From: Eledone cirrhosa
Taxonomy: Eukaryota
Direction of reading: 5' to 3'
NCBI GenBank assembly: GCA_964016885.1
Contig: OZ024740.1
Span: forward strand, 27,466,001 to 27,530,000
DNA length: 64,000 nt
Position numbers and translations under genes: made by a program. Positions within the stretch are counted from its first letter, which is position 1. Each line of letters starts with the position of its first letter. Shown one piece after another: positions 14,001 to 27,499 of this stretch. The notes below the pieces were generated by a model, which was not told the DNA's origin, searched no databases, and worked only from the letters and a program-made list of their open reading frames with translations.

Positions 14001-17000
14001 TTATTAATAACTATATAGTTTCTTTCCAGGGAATATGTTGAAAAATAAACCTCATTTGGTCATTCCATGATAGTATCTTGTTCAGCCTATTAAGGAGTGA
14101 TGTTAAAGCTGTGTAATCTTGCCTGCTGAAATTTCAACACTTATTAATAACTGTATTGTTTCTTTCCAGGGACTATGTTGGAAAATAAACCTCATTTCGT
14201 CATTCCTTGATAGTATCTTGGTCAACTTATGAATGAGTGATGCTAAAGCTGTGAAATCTTGCATGCAATAATTTCAACCCTTCTTATTAATAACTCTATT
14301 GTTTCTTTCCAGGGACTATGTTGGAAAATAAACTTCATTTGGTCATTCCTTGAGAGTATCTTGGTCAGCCTATAAGAGAGTGATGCTAAAGCTGTGAAAT
14401 CTTGCTTGCAGTAATTTCAACACTTCTTATTAATAACTCTATTGTTTCTTTCCATGGACTATGTTGGAAAATAAACCTCATTTGGTCATTCCATGATAGT
14501 ATCTTGGTCAGCCTATGAAGGAGTGATGCTAAAGCTGTGAAATCTTTCATGCAATAATTTCAACTCTTCTTATTAATAACTCTATTGTTACTTTCCAGGG
14601 ACTATGTTGGAAAATAAACTTCATTTGGTCATTCCATGAGAGTATCTTGCTCAGCCTATGAAGGAGTGATGCTAAACTGTGAAATATTGCATGCAGTACT
14701 TTCAACTCTCCTTATTAATAAATGTATTGTTTCTTTCCAGGGACTATGTTGGAAAATACACTTCATTTGGTCATTCCATGAGGGTATCTTGTTTAGCCTA
14801 TGAATGAGTGATGCTAAAACTTTGAAATCTTGCATGCAGTAATTTGAACTCTTCTTATTAATAACTGTATTGTTTCTTTCCAGGGACTATGTTGGAAAAT
14901 AAACTTCATTTGGTCATTCCATGAGAGTGTCTTGGTGAGCCTATGAAGGAGTGATGCTAAAACTTTGAAATCTTGCATGCAGTAATTTGAACTCTTCTTA
15001 TTAATAACTGTATTGTTTCTTTCCAGGGACTATGTTGGAAAATAAACTTCATTTCGTCATTTCATGAGAGTATCTTGGTCAGCCTATGAAGGAGTGATGC
15101 TAAAGCTGTGTAATCTTGCTTGCAGTAATTTGAACTCATCTTATTAATAACTGTATTGTTTCTTTCCAGGGACTATGTTGAAAAATAAACCTCATTTGGT
15201 CGTTCCATGAGAGTATCTTGTTCAGCCTATGAAGGAGTGAGGCTAAAGCTGTGTAATCTTGTCTACAGTAATTTCAACGCGTATTAATAACTGTATTGTT
15301 TCTTTCCAGGGACTATGTTGAACAATAAACTTCATTTGGTCATTCCATGAGAGTACCTTGGTCAGCCTATGAAGGAGTGATGCTAAACTGTGAAATCTTG
15401 CATTCAGTAATTTCAACTCTTCTTATTAATAACTGTATTGTTTCTTTCCAGGGACTATGTTGGAAAATAAACTTCATTTGGTCATTCCATGAGAGTATCT
15501 CGTTCAGCCTATGAAGGAGTGATGCTAAAGCTGTGTAATCTTGCCTGCAGTAATTTCGAAACTTATTAATACCTGTATTGTTTCTTTCCAGGGACTATGT
15601 TGGAAAATAAACCTCATTTGGTCATTCCATGATAGTATCTTGGTCAGCTTATGAATGAGTGATGCTAAAGCTGTGAAATCTTGCATGCAATAATTTCAAC
15701 TCTTCTCATTAATAACTCTATTGTTTCTTTCCAGGGACTATGTTGGAAAATAAACTTCATTTGGTCATTCCTTGAGAGTATCTTGTTCAGCCTATGAATG
15801 AGTGATGCTAAAGCTGTGAAATCTTGCATGACGTAATTTCAACTCTTCTTATTAATAACTATATAGTTTCTTTCCAGGGAATATGTTGAAAAATAAACCT
15901 CATTTGGTCATTCCATGATAGTATCTTGTTCAGCCTATGAAGGAGTGATGCTAAAGCTGTGTAATCTTGCCTGCTGTAATTTCAACACTTATTAATAACT
16001 GTATTGTTTCTTTCCAGGGACTATGTTGGAAAATAAACCTCATTTCGTCATTCCTTGATAGTATCTTGGTCAACTTATGAATGAGTGATGCTAAAGCTGT
16101 GAAATCTTGCATGCAATAATTTCAACCCTTCTTATTAATAACTCTATTGTCTCTTTCCAGGGACTATGTTGAAAAATAAACTTCATTTGGTTATTTCATG
16201 AGAGTATCTTGTTCAGCCTATGAAGGAGTGATGCTAAAATTGTGAAATCTTGCATTCAGTAATTTCAACTCTTCTTATTAATAATTGTATTGTTTTTTTC
16301 CAGGGACTATGTTGGAAAATAACCTTCATTTGGTTATTCCATGAGAATATCTTGTTCAGCCTATGAATGAGTGATGCTAAAGCTGTGAAATCTTGCCTGA
16401 CGTAATTTCAACTCTTCTTATTAATAACTATATAGTTTCTTTCCAGGGAATATGTTGAAAAATAAACCTCATTTGGTCATTCCATGATAGTATCTTGTTC
16501 AGCCTATGAAGGAGTGATGCTAAAGATGTGTAATCTTGCCTGCTGTAATTTCAACACTTATTAATAACTGTATTGTTTCTTTCCAGGGACTATGTTGGAC
16601 AATAAACCTCATTGCGTCATTCCATGATAGTATCTTGGTCAGCTTATGAATGAGTGATGCTAAAGCTGTGAAATCTTGCATGCAATAATTTCAACGCTTC
16701 TTATTAATAACTGTATTGTTTCTTTCCAGGGACTATGTTGGAAAATAAACTTCATTTGGTCATTCCATGATAGTATCTTGGTCAGCCTATGAAGGAGTGA
16801 TGCTAAAGCTGTGTAATCTTGCTTGCAGTAATTTGAACTCATCTTATTAATAACTGTATTGTTTCTTTCCAGGGACTATGTTGAAAAATAAACCTCATTT
16901 GGTCGTTCCATGAGAGCATCTTGTTCAGCCTATGAAGGAGTGATGCTAAAGCTGTGTAATCTTGTCTGCAGTAATTTCAACGCGTATTAATAACTGTATT

Positions 17001-18100
17001 GTTTCTTTCCAGGGACTATGTTGAACAATAAACTTCATTTGGTCATTCCATGAGAGTACCTTGGTCAGCCTATGAAGGAGTGATGCTAAACTGTGAAATC
17101 TTGCATTCAGTAATTTCAACTCTTCTTATTAATAACTGCATTGTTTCTTTCCAGGGACTATGTTGGAAAATAAACTTCATTTGGTCATTCCATGAGAGTA
17201 TCTCGTTCAGCCTATGAAGGAGTGATGCTAAAGCTGTGTAATCTTGCCTGCAGTAATTTCGAAACTTATTAATAACTGTATTGTTTCTTTCCAGGGACTA
17301 TGTTGGAAAATAAACCTCATTTGGTCATTCCATGATAGTATCTTGGTCAGCTTATGAATGAGTGATGCTAAAGCTGTGAAATCTTGCATGCAATAATTTC
17401 AACTCTTCTCATTAATAACTCTATTGTTTCTTTCCAGGGACTATGTTGGAAAATAAACTTCATTTGGTCATTCCTTGAGAGTATCTTGTTCAGCCTATGA
17501 AGGAGTGATGTTAAAGCTGTGTAATCTTGCCTGCTGAAATTTCAACACTTATTAATAACTGTATTGTTTCTTTCCAGGGACTATGTTGGAAAATAAACCT
17601 CATTTAGTCATTCCTTGATAGTATCTTGGTCAACTTATGAATGAGTGATGCTAAAGCTGTGAAATCTTGCATGCAATAATTTCAACCCTACTTATTAATA
17701 ACTCTATTGTTTCTTTCCAGGGACTATGTTGGAAAATAAACTTCATTTGGTCATTCCTTGAGAGTATCTTGGTCAGCCTATAAGAGAGTGATGCTAAAGC
17801 TGTGAAATCTTGCTTGCAGTAATTTCAACACTTCTTATTAATAACTGTATTGTTTCTTTCCATGGACTATGTTGGAAAATAAACCTCATTTGGTCATTCC
17901 ATGATAGTATCTTGGTCAGCCTATGAAGGAGTGATGCTAAAGCTGTGAAATCTTTCATGCAATAATTTCAACTCTTCTTATTAATAACTCTATTGTTACT
18001 TTCCAGGGACTATGTTGGAAAATAAACTTCATTTGGTCATTCCATGAGAGTATCTTGGTGAGCCTATGAAGGAGTGATGCTAAAACTTTGAAATCTTGCA
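8100..18100. repeat. Satellite HOR domain 3: 24-mer (3408 bp) built from two related 12-mers; one copy has an extra monomer
   Basis: Identical ORFs at 9701, 13109, 16660 (spacings 3408 and 3551 = 3408+143). Marker cgaaacttatt at 8598, 10301, 12006, 13709, 15557, 17260. Boundaries approximate. Confidence 0.88.
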
Positions 18101-19499
18101 TGCAGTAATTTGAACTCTTCTTATTAATAACTGTATTGTTTCTTTCCAGGGACTATGTTGGAAAATAAACTTCATTTCGTCATTCCATGAGAGTATCTTG
18201 GTCAGCCTATGAAGGAGTGATGCTAAAGCTGTGTAATCTTGCTTGCAGTAATTTGTACTCATTTTATTAATAACTGTATTGTTTCTTTCCAGGGACTATG
18301 TTGAAAAATAAACCTCATTTGATCGTTCCATGATAGTATATTGTTCAACCTATGAAGGAGTGATGCTAAAGCTGTGTAATCTTGTCTGCAGTAATTTCAA
18401 CACGTATTAATAACTGTATTGTTTCTTTCCAGGGACTATGTTGGAAAATAAACTTCATTTGGTCGTACCATGAGAGTACCTTGGTCAGCCTATGAAGGAG
18501 TGATGCTAAACTGTGAAATCTTGCATGCAGCAAATTCAACTCTTCTTATTAATAACTGTATTGTTTCTTTCCAGGGACTATGTTGGAAAATAGCCTTCAT
18601 TTGGTCATTCCATGAGAATATCTTGTTCAGCCTATGAATGAGTGATGCTAAAGCTGTGAAGTCTTGCCTGACGTAATTTCAACTCTTCTTATTAATAACT
18701 ATATAGTTTCTTTGCAGGGAATATGTTGAAAAATAAACCTCATTTGGTCATTCCATGATAGTATCTTGTTCAGCCTATGAAGGAGTGATGCTAAAGCTGT
18801 GTAATCTTACCTGCTGTAATTTCAACACTTATTAATAACTGTATTGTTTCTTTCCAGGGACTATGTTGGAAAATAAACCTCATTGCTTGATTCCATGATA
18901 GTATCTTGGTCAGCTTATGAATGAGTGATGCTAAAGCTGTGAAATCTTGCATGCAATAATTTCAACTATTCTTATTAATAACTCTATTGTTTCTTTCCAG
19001 GGACTATGTTGGAACATAAACTTCATTTGGTCATTCCTTGAGAGTATCTTGGTCAGCCTATGAGTGAGTGATGCTAAAGCTGTGAAATCTTGCTTGCAGT
19101 AATTTCAACACTTCTTATTAATAACTGTATTGTTTCTTTCCAGGGATTATGTTGGAAAATAAACTTCATTTGGTTATTCCATGATAGTATCTTGGTCAGC
19201 CTATGAAGGAGTGATCCTAAAGCTGTGTAATCTTTCATGCAATAATTTCAACTCTTCTTATTGATAACTCTATTGTTTCTTTCCAGGGACTATGTTGGAA
19301 AATAAACTTCATTTGGTCATTCCATGAGAGTATCTTGCTCAGCCTATGAAGGAGTGATGCTAAACTGTCAAATATTCCATGCAGTAATTTCAACTCTCCT
19401 TATTAATAAATGTATTGTTTCTTTCCAGGGACTATGTTGGAAAATACACTTCATTTGGTCATTCCATGAGAGTATCTTGTTTAGCCTATGAATGAGTGA

Positions 19500-22400
19500 T
19501 GCTAAAACTTTGAAATCTTGCATGCAGTAATTTGAACTCTTCTTATTAATAACTGTATTGTTTCTTTCCAGGGACTATGTTGGAAAATAAACTTCATTTG
19601 GTCATTCCATGAGAGTATCTTGGTCAGCCTATGAAGGAGTGATGCTAAAGCTGTGAAATCTTGCCTGCAGTAATTTGAACTCATTTTATTAATAACTGTA
19701 TTGTTTCTTTCCAGGGACTATGTTGGAAAATAAACCTCATTTGGTCGTTCCATGATAGTATCTTGTTCAGCCTATGAAGGAGTGATCCTAAAGCTGTGTA
19801 ATCTTGTCTGCAGTAATTTCAACACGTATTAATAACTGTATTGTTTCTTTCCAGGGATTATGTTGGAAAATAACCTTCATTTGGTCATTCCATGAGCATA
19901 TCTTGATAAGCCTATGAATTAGTGATGCTAAAGCTGTGAAATCTTGCATGACGTAATTTCAACTCTTCTTATTAATAACTATATAGTTTCTTTCCAGGGA
20001 ATATGTTGAAAAATAAACCTCATTTGGTCATTCCATGATAGTATCTTGTTCAGCCTATGAAGGAGTGATGCTAAAGCTGTGTAATCTTGCCTGCTGTAAT
20101 TTCAACACTTATTAATAACTGTATTGTTTCTTTCCAGGGACTATGTTGAAAAATAAACCTCATTTGATCATTCCATGATAGTATATTGTTCAGCCTATGA
20201 AGGAGTGATCCTAAAGCTGTGAAATCTTGCATGCCGTAACTCTTCTTATTAATAACTGTATTGTTTCTTTCCAGGGAATATGTTGGAAAATAAACTTCAT
20301 TTCGTCATTCCATGAGAGTGTCTTGTTCAGCCTATGAAGGAGTGATGCGAAAGCTGTGTAATCTTGTCTACAGCAATTTCAACACTTCTTATTAATAACT
20401 GTATTGTTTATTTCCAGGGACTTTGTTGGAAAATAAACTTCATTAGTTCATTCCATGAGAGTATCTTGTTCAGCCTATGAAGGAGTGATGCTAAAACTTT
20501 GAAATCTTGCATGACATAATTTCAACTCTTCTTATTAATAACTGTATTGTTTCTTTCCAGGGACTATGTTGGAAAATAAACCTCATTTGGTCGTTCCATG
20601 AGAGTATCTTGTTCAGCCTATGAAGGAGTGATGCGAAAGCTGTGTAATCTTGTCTACAGCAATTTCAACACGTATTAATAACTGTATTGTTTATTTCCAG
20701 GGACTTTGTTGGAAAATAAACTTCATTAGTTCATTCCATGAGAGTATCTTGTTCAGCCTATGAAGGAGTGATGCTAAAACTTTGAAATCTTGCATGACAT
20801 AATTTCAACTCTTCTTATTAATAACTGTATTGTTTCTTTCCAGGGACTATGCTGGAAAATAAACCTCATTTGGTCATTCAATGAGAGTATCTTGTTCAGC
20901 CAATGAAGGAGTGATGCTAAAGCTGTGTAATCTTGCTTGCAGTAATGTGAACTCATCTTATTAATAACTGTATTGTTTCTTTCCAGGGACTATGTTGAAA
21001 AATAAACCTCAGTTGGTCATTCGATGATAGTATATTGTTCAGCCTATGAAGGACTAAGGCTAAAGCTGTGAAATCTTGCATGCCGTAACTCTTCTTATTA
21101 ATAACTGTATTGTTTCTTTCCAGGGACTATGTTGGAAATTAAATTTCATTTGGTCATTCCATGAGAGTATCTCGTTCAGCCTATGAAGGAGTGATGCTAA
21201 AGCTGTGTAATCTTGCCTGCAGTAATTTCGAAACTTATTAATAACTGTATTGTTTCTTTCCAGTGACTATGTTGGAAAATAACCTTCATTTGGTTATTCC
21301 ATGAGAATATCTTGTTCAGCCTATGAATGAGTGATGCTAAAGCTGTGAAATCTTGCATGACGTAATTTCAACTCTTCTTATTAATAACTATATAGTTTCT
21401 TTCCAGGGAATATGTTGAAAAATAAACCTCATTTGGTCATTCCATGATAATATCTTGTTCAGCCTATGAATGAGTGATGCTAAAGCTGTGTAATCTTGCT
21501 TGCAGTAATGTGAACTCATCTTATTAATAACTGTATTGTTTCTTTCCAGGGACTATGTTGAAAAATAAACCTCAGTTGGTCATTCCATGATAGTATATTG
21601 TTCAGCCTATGAAGGACTGAGGCTAAAGCTGTGAAATCTTGCATGCCGTAACTCTTCTTATTAATAACTGTATTGTTTCTTTCCAGGTACTATGTTGGAA
21701 ATTAAATTTCATTTGGTCATTCCATGAGAGTATCTCGTTCAGCCTATGAAGGAGTGATGCTAAAGCTGTGTAATCTTGCCTGCAGTAATTTCGAAACTTA
21801 TTAATAACTGTATTGTTTCTTTCCAGTGACTATGTTGGAAAATAACCTTCATTTGGTTATTCCATGATAGTATCTTGGTCAGCCTATGAAGGAGTGATGC
21901 TAAAGCTGTGTAACCTTGCTTGCAGTAATTTGAACTCATCTTATTAATAACTGTATTGTTTCTTTCCAGGGACTATGTTGGAAAATAAACCTCATTGCGT
22001 CATTCCATGATAGTATCTTGGTCAGCTTATGAATGAGTGATGCTAAAGCTGTGAAATCGTGCATGCAATAATTTCAACTATTCTTATTAATAACTCTATT
22101 GTTTCTTTCCAGGGACTATGTTGGAACATAAACTTCATTTGGTCATTCCTTGAGAGTATCTTGGTCAGCCTATGAGTGAGTGATGCTAAAGCTGTGAAAT
22201 CTTGCTTGCAGTAATTTCAACACTTCTTATTAATAACTGTATTGTTTCTTACCTGGGACTATGTTGGAAAATAAACTTCATTTGGTTATTCCATGATAGT
22301 ATCTTGGTCAGCCTATGAAGGAGTGATGCTAAAGCTGTGTAACCTTGCTTGCAGTAATTTGAACTCATCTTATTAATAACTGTATTGTTTCTTTCCAGGG

Positions 22401-25400
22401 TCTATGTTGAAAAATAAACCTCATTTGGTCGTTCCATGATAGTATGTTGGTCAGCCTATGAAGGAGTGATGCTAAAGCTGTGTAATCTTTCATGCAATAA
22501 TTTCAACTGTTCTTATTGATAACTCTATTGTTTCTTTCCAGGGACTATGTTGGAAAATAAACTTCATTTGGTCATTCCATGAGAGTATCTTGCTCAGCCT
22601 ATGAAGGAGTGATGCTAAACTGTCAAATATTGCATGCAGTAATTTCAACTCTCCTTATTAATAAATGTATTGTTTCTTTCCAGGGACTATGTTGGAAAAT
22701 ACACTTCATTTGGTCATTCCATGAGAGTATCTTGTTTAGCCTATGAATGAGCGATGCTAAAACTTTGAAATCTTGCATGCAGTAATTTGAACTCTTCTTA
22801 TTAATAACTGTATTGTTTCTTTCCAGGGACTATGTTGGAAAATAAACTTCATTTGGTCATTCCATGAGAGTATCTTGGTCAGCCTATGAAGGAGTCATGC
22901 TAAACTGTGAAATATTGCATGCAGTAATTTCAACTCTTCTTATTAATAAATGTATTGTTTCTTTCCAGGGACTATGTTGGAAAATAAACTTCATTTCGTC
23001 ATTCCATGATAGTATCTTGTTCAGCCTATGAAGGAGTGATGCTAAAGCTGTGAAATCTTGCCTGCAGTAATTTGAACTCATTTTATTAATAACTGTATTG
23101 TTTCTTTCCAGGGATTATGTTGGAAAATAACCTTCATTTGGTCATTCCATGAGCATATCTTGATAAGCCTATGAATTAGTGATGCTAAAGCTGTGAAATC
23201 TTGCATGACGTAATTTCAACTCTTCTTATTAATAACTATATAGTTTCTTTCCAGGGAATATGTTGAAAAATAAACCTCATTTGGTCATTCCATGATAGTA
23301 TCTTGTTCAGCCTATGAAGGAGTGATGCTAAAGCTGTGTAATCTTGCCTGCTGTAATTTCAACACTTATTAATAACTGTATTGTTTCTTTCCAGGTACTA
23401 TGTTGAAAAATAAACCTCATTTGATCATTCCATGATAGTATATTGTTCAGCCTATGAAGGAGTGATCCTAAAGCTGTGAAATCTTGCATGCCGTAACTCT
23501 TCTTATTAATAACTGTATTGTTTCTTTCCAGGGAATATGTTGGAAAATAAACTTCATTTCGTCATTCCATGAGAGTGTCTTGTTCAGCCTATGAAGGAGT
23601 GATGCGAAAGCTGTGTAATCTTGTCTACAGCAATTTCAACACTTCTTATTAATAACTGTATTGTTTATTTCCAGGGACTTTGTTGGAAAATAAACTTCAT
23701 TAGTTCATTCCATGAGAGTATCTTGTTCAGCCTATGAAGGAGTGATGCTAAAACTTTGAAATCTTGCATGACATAATTTCAACTCTTCTTATTAATAACT
23801 GTATTGTTTCTTTCCAGGGACTATGCTGGAAAATAAACCTCATTTGGTCATTCAATGAGAGTATCTTGTTCAGCCAATGAAGGAGTGATGCTAAAGCTGT
23901 GTAATCTTGCTTGCAGTAATGTGAACTCATCTTATTAATAACTGTATTGTTTCTTTCCAGGGACTATGTTGAAAAATAAACCTCAGTTGGTCATTCCATG
24001 ATAGTATATTGTTCAGCCTATGAAGGACTAAGGCTAAAGCCGTGAAATCTTGCATGCCGTAACTCTTCTTATTAATAACTGTATTGTTTCTTTCCAGGGA
24101 CTATGTTGGAAATCAAATTTCATTTGGTCATTCCATGAGAGTATCTCGTTCAGCCTATGAAGGAGTGATGCTAATCTGTGTAATCTTGCCTGCAGTAATT
24201 TCGAAACTTATTAATAACTGTATTGTTTCTTTCCAGTGACTATGTTGGAAAATAACCTTCATTTGGTTATTCCATGAGAATATCTTGTTCAGCCTATGAA
24301 TGAGTGATGCTAAAGCTGTGAAATCTTGCATGACGTAATTTCAACTCTTCTTATTAATAACTATATAGTTTCTTTCCAGGGAATATGTTGAAAAATAAAC
24401 CTCATTTGGTCATTCCATGATAATATCTTGTTCAGCCTATGAAGGAGTGATGCTAAAGCTGTGTAATCTTGCTTGCAGTAATGTGAACTCATTTTATTAA
24501 TAACTGTATTGTTTCTTTCCAGGGACTATGTTGGAAAATAAACCTCATTTGGTCGTTCCATGATAGTATCTTGTTCAGCCTATGAAGGAGTGATCCTAAA
24601 GCTGTGTAATCTTGTCTGCAGTAATTTCAACACGTATTAATAACTGTATTGTTTCTTTCCACGGATTATGTTGGAAAATAACCTTCATTTGGTCATTCCA
24701 TGAGCATATCTTGATAAGCCTATGAATTAGTGATGCTAAAGCTGTGAAATCTTGCATGACGTAATTTCAACTCTTCTTATTAAAAACTATATAGTTTCTT
24801 TCCAGGGAATATGTTGAAAAATAAACCTCATTTGGTCATTCCATGATAGTATATTGTTCAGCCTATGAAAGAGTGATCCTAAAGCTGTGAAATCTTGCAT
24901 GCCGTAACTCTTCTTATTAATAACTGTATTGTTTCTTTCCAGGGAATATGTTGGAAAATAAACTTCATTTCGTCATTCCATGAGAGTGTCTTGTTCAGCC
25001 TATGAAGGAGTGATGCGAAAGCTGTGTAATCTTGTCTACAGCAATTTCAACACTTCTTATTAATAACTGTATTGTTTATTTCCAGGGACTTTGTTGGAAA
25101 ATAAACTTCATTAGTTCATTCCATGAGAGTATCTTGTTCAGCCTATGAAGGAGTGATGCTAAAACTTTGAAATCTTGCATGACATAATTTCAACTCTTCT
25201 TATTAATAACTGTATTGTTTCTTTCCAGGGACTATGTTGGAAAATAAACCTCATTTGGTCGTTCCATGAGAGTATCTTGTTCAGCCTATGAAGGAGTGAT
25301 GCGAAATCTGTGTAATCTTGTCTACAGCAATTTCAACACGTATTAATAACTGTATTGTTTATTTCCAGGGACTTTGTTGGAAAATAAACTTCATTAGTTC

Positions 25401-26600
25401 ATTCCATGAGAGTATCTTGTTCAGCCTATGAAGGAGTGATGCTAAAACTTTGAAATCTTGCATGACATAATTTCAACTCTTCTTATTAATAACTGTATTG
25501 TTTCTTTCCAGGGACTATGCTGGAAAATAAACCTCATTTGGTCATTCAATGAGAGTAACTTGTTCAGCCAATGAAGGAGTGATGCTAAAGCTGTGTAATC
25601 TTGCTTGCAGTAATGTGAACTCATCTTATTAATAACTGTATTGTTTCTTTCCAGGGACTATGTTGAAAAATAAACCTCAGTTGGTCATTCCATGATAGTA
25701 TATTGTTCAGCCTATGAAGGACTAAGGCTAAAGCCGTGAAATCTTGCATGCCGTAACTCTTCTTATTAATAACTGTATTGTTTCTTTCCAGGGACTATGT
25801 TGGAAATCAAATTTCATTTGGTCATTCCATGAGAGTATCTCGTTCAGCCTATGAAGGAGTGATGCTAATCTGTGTAATCTTGCCTGCAGTAATTTCGAAA
25901 CTTATTAATAACTGTATTGTTTCTTTCCAGTGACTATGTTGGAAAATAACCTTCATTTGGTTATTCCATGAGAATATCTTGTTCAGCCTATGAATGAGTG
26001 ATGCTAAAGCTGTGAAATCTTGCATGACGTAATTTCAAATCTTCTTATTAATAACTATATAGTTTCTTTCCAGGGAATATGTTGAAAAATAAACCTCATT
26101 TGGTCATTCCATGATAATATCTTGTTCAGCCTATGAAGGAGTGATCCTAAAGCTGTGTAATCTTGCTTGCAGTAATGTGAACTCATTTTATTAATAGCTG
26201 TATTGTTTCTTTCCAGGGACTATGTTGGAAAATAAACCTCATTTGGTCGTTCCATGATAGTATCTTGTTCAGCCTATGAAGGAGTGATCCTAAAGCTGTG
26301 TAATCTTGTCTGCAGTAATTTCAACACGTATTAATAACTGTATTGTTTCTTTCCAGGGATTATGTTGGAAAATAACCTTCATTTGGTCATTCCATGAGCA
26401 TATCTTGATAAGCCTATGAATTAGTGATGCTAAAGCTGTGAAATCTTGCATGACGTAATTTCAACTCTTCTTATTAATAACTATATAGTTTCTTTCCAGG
26501 GAATATGTTGAAAAATAAACCTCATTTGGTCATTCCATGATAGTATCTTGTTCAGCCTATGAAGGAGTGATGCTAAAGCTGTGTAATCTTGCTTGCAGTA
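19500..26600. repeat. Satellite HOR domain 4: irregular 12-mer (1694 bp) / 21-mer (2974 bp)
   Basis: Monomer with cattcaatgagag...gccaatg...gtaatgtgaactc gives near-identical ORFs at 20774, 23748, 25442 (spacings 2974, 1694). Boundaries approximate. Confidence 0.75.
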
Positions 26601-27499
26601 ATGTGAACTCATCTTATTAATAACAGTATTTTTTCTTTCCAGGGACTATGTAGAAAAATAAACCTCACTTGATCATTCCATGATAGTATATTGTTCAGCC
26701 TATGAAGGAGTGATGCTAAAGCTGTGAAATCTTGCATGCCGTAACTCTTCTTATTAATAACTGTATTGTTACTTTCCAGAGACTATGTTGGAAAATAAAT
26801 TTCATTTTGTCATTCCATGAGAGTATCTCGTTCAGCCTATGAAGGAGTGATTCTAAACTGTGAAATATTGCATGCAGTAATTTCAACTCTTCTTATTAAT
26901 AACTCTATTGTTTCTTTCCAGGGACTATGTTGGAAAATAAACTTCATTTGGTCATTCCATGAGAGTATCTAGGTCAGCCTATGATGGAGTGATTCTAAAC
27001 TGTGAAATATTGCATGCAGTAATTTCAACTCTTCTTATTAATAACTCTATTGTTTCTTTCCAGGGACTATGTTGAAAGATAAACCTCATTTGATCATTCC
27101 ATGATAGTATATTGTTCAGCCTATGAAGGAGTGATGCTAAAGCTGTGAAATCTTGCTTGCAGTAATTCCAACACATCTTATTAATAACTGTATTGTTTCT
27201 TCCCAGGGTCTATGTTGAAAAATAAATCTCATTTGGTCATTCCTTGAGAGTATCTTGGTCAGCCTATGAATGAGTGATGCTAAAGCTGTGTAATCTTGCA
27301 TGCAGTAATTTCGAAACTTATTAATAACTGTATTGTTTCTTTCCAGGGACTATGTTGGAAAATAACCTTCATTTGGTCATTCCATGAGAATATCTTGTTC
27401 AGCCTATGAATGAGTGATGCTAAAGCTGTGAAATCTTGCTTGCAGTAATTTCAGCACTTCTTATTAATAACTGTATTGTTTCTTTCCAGGGACTATGTT

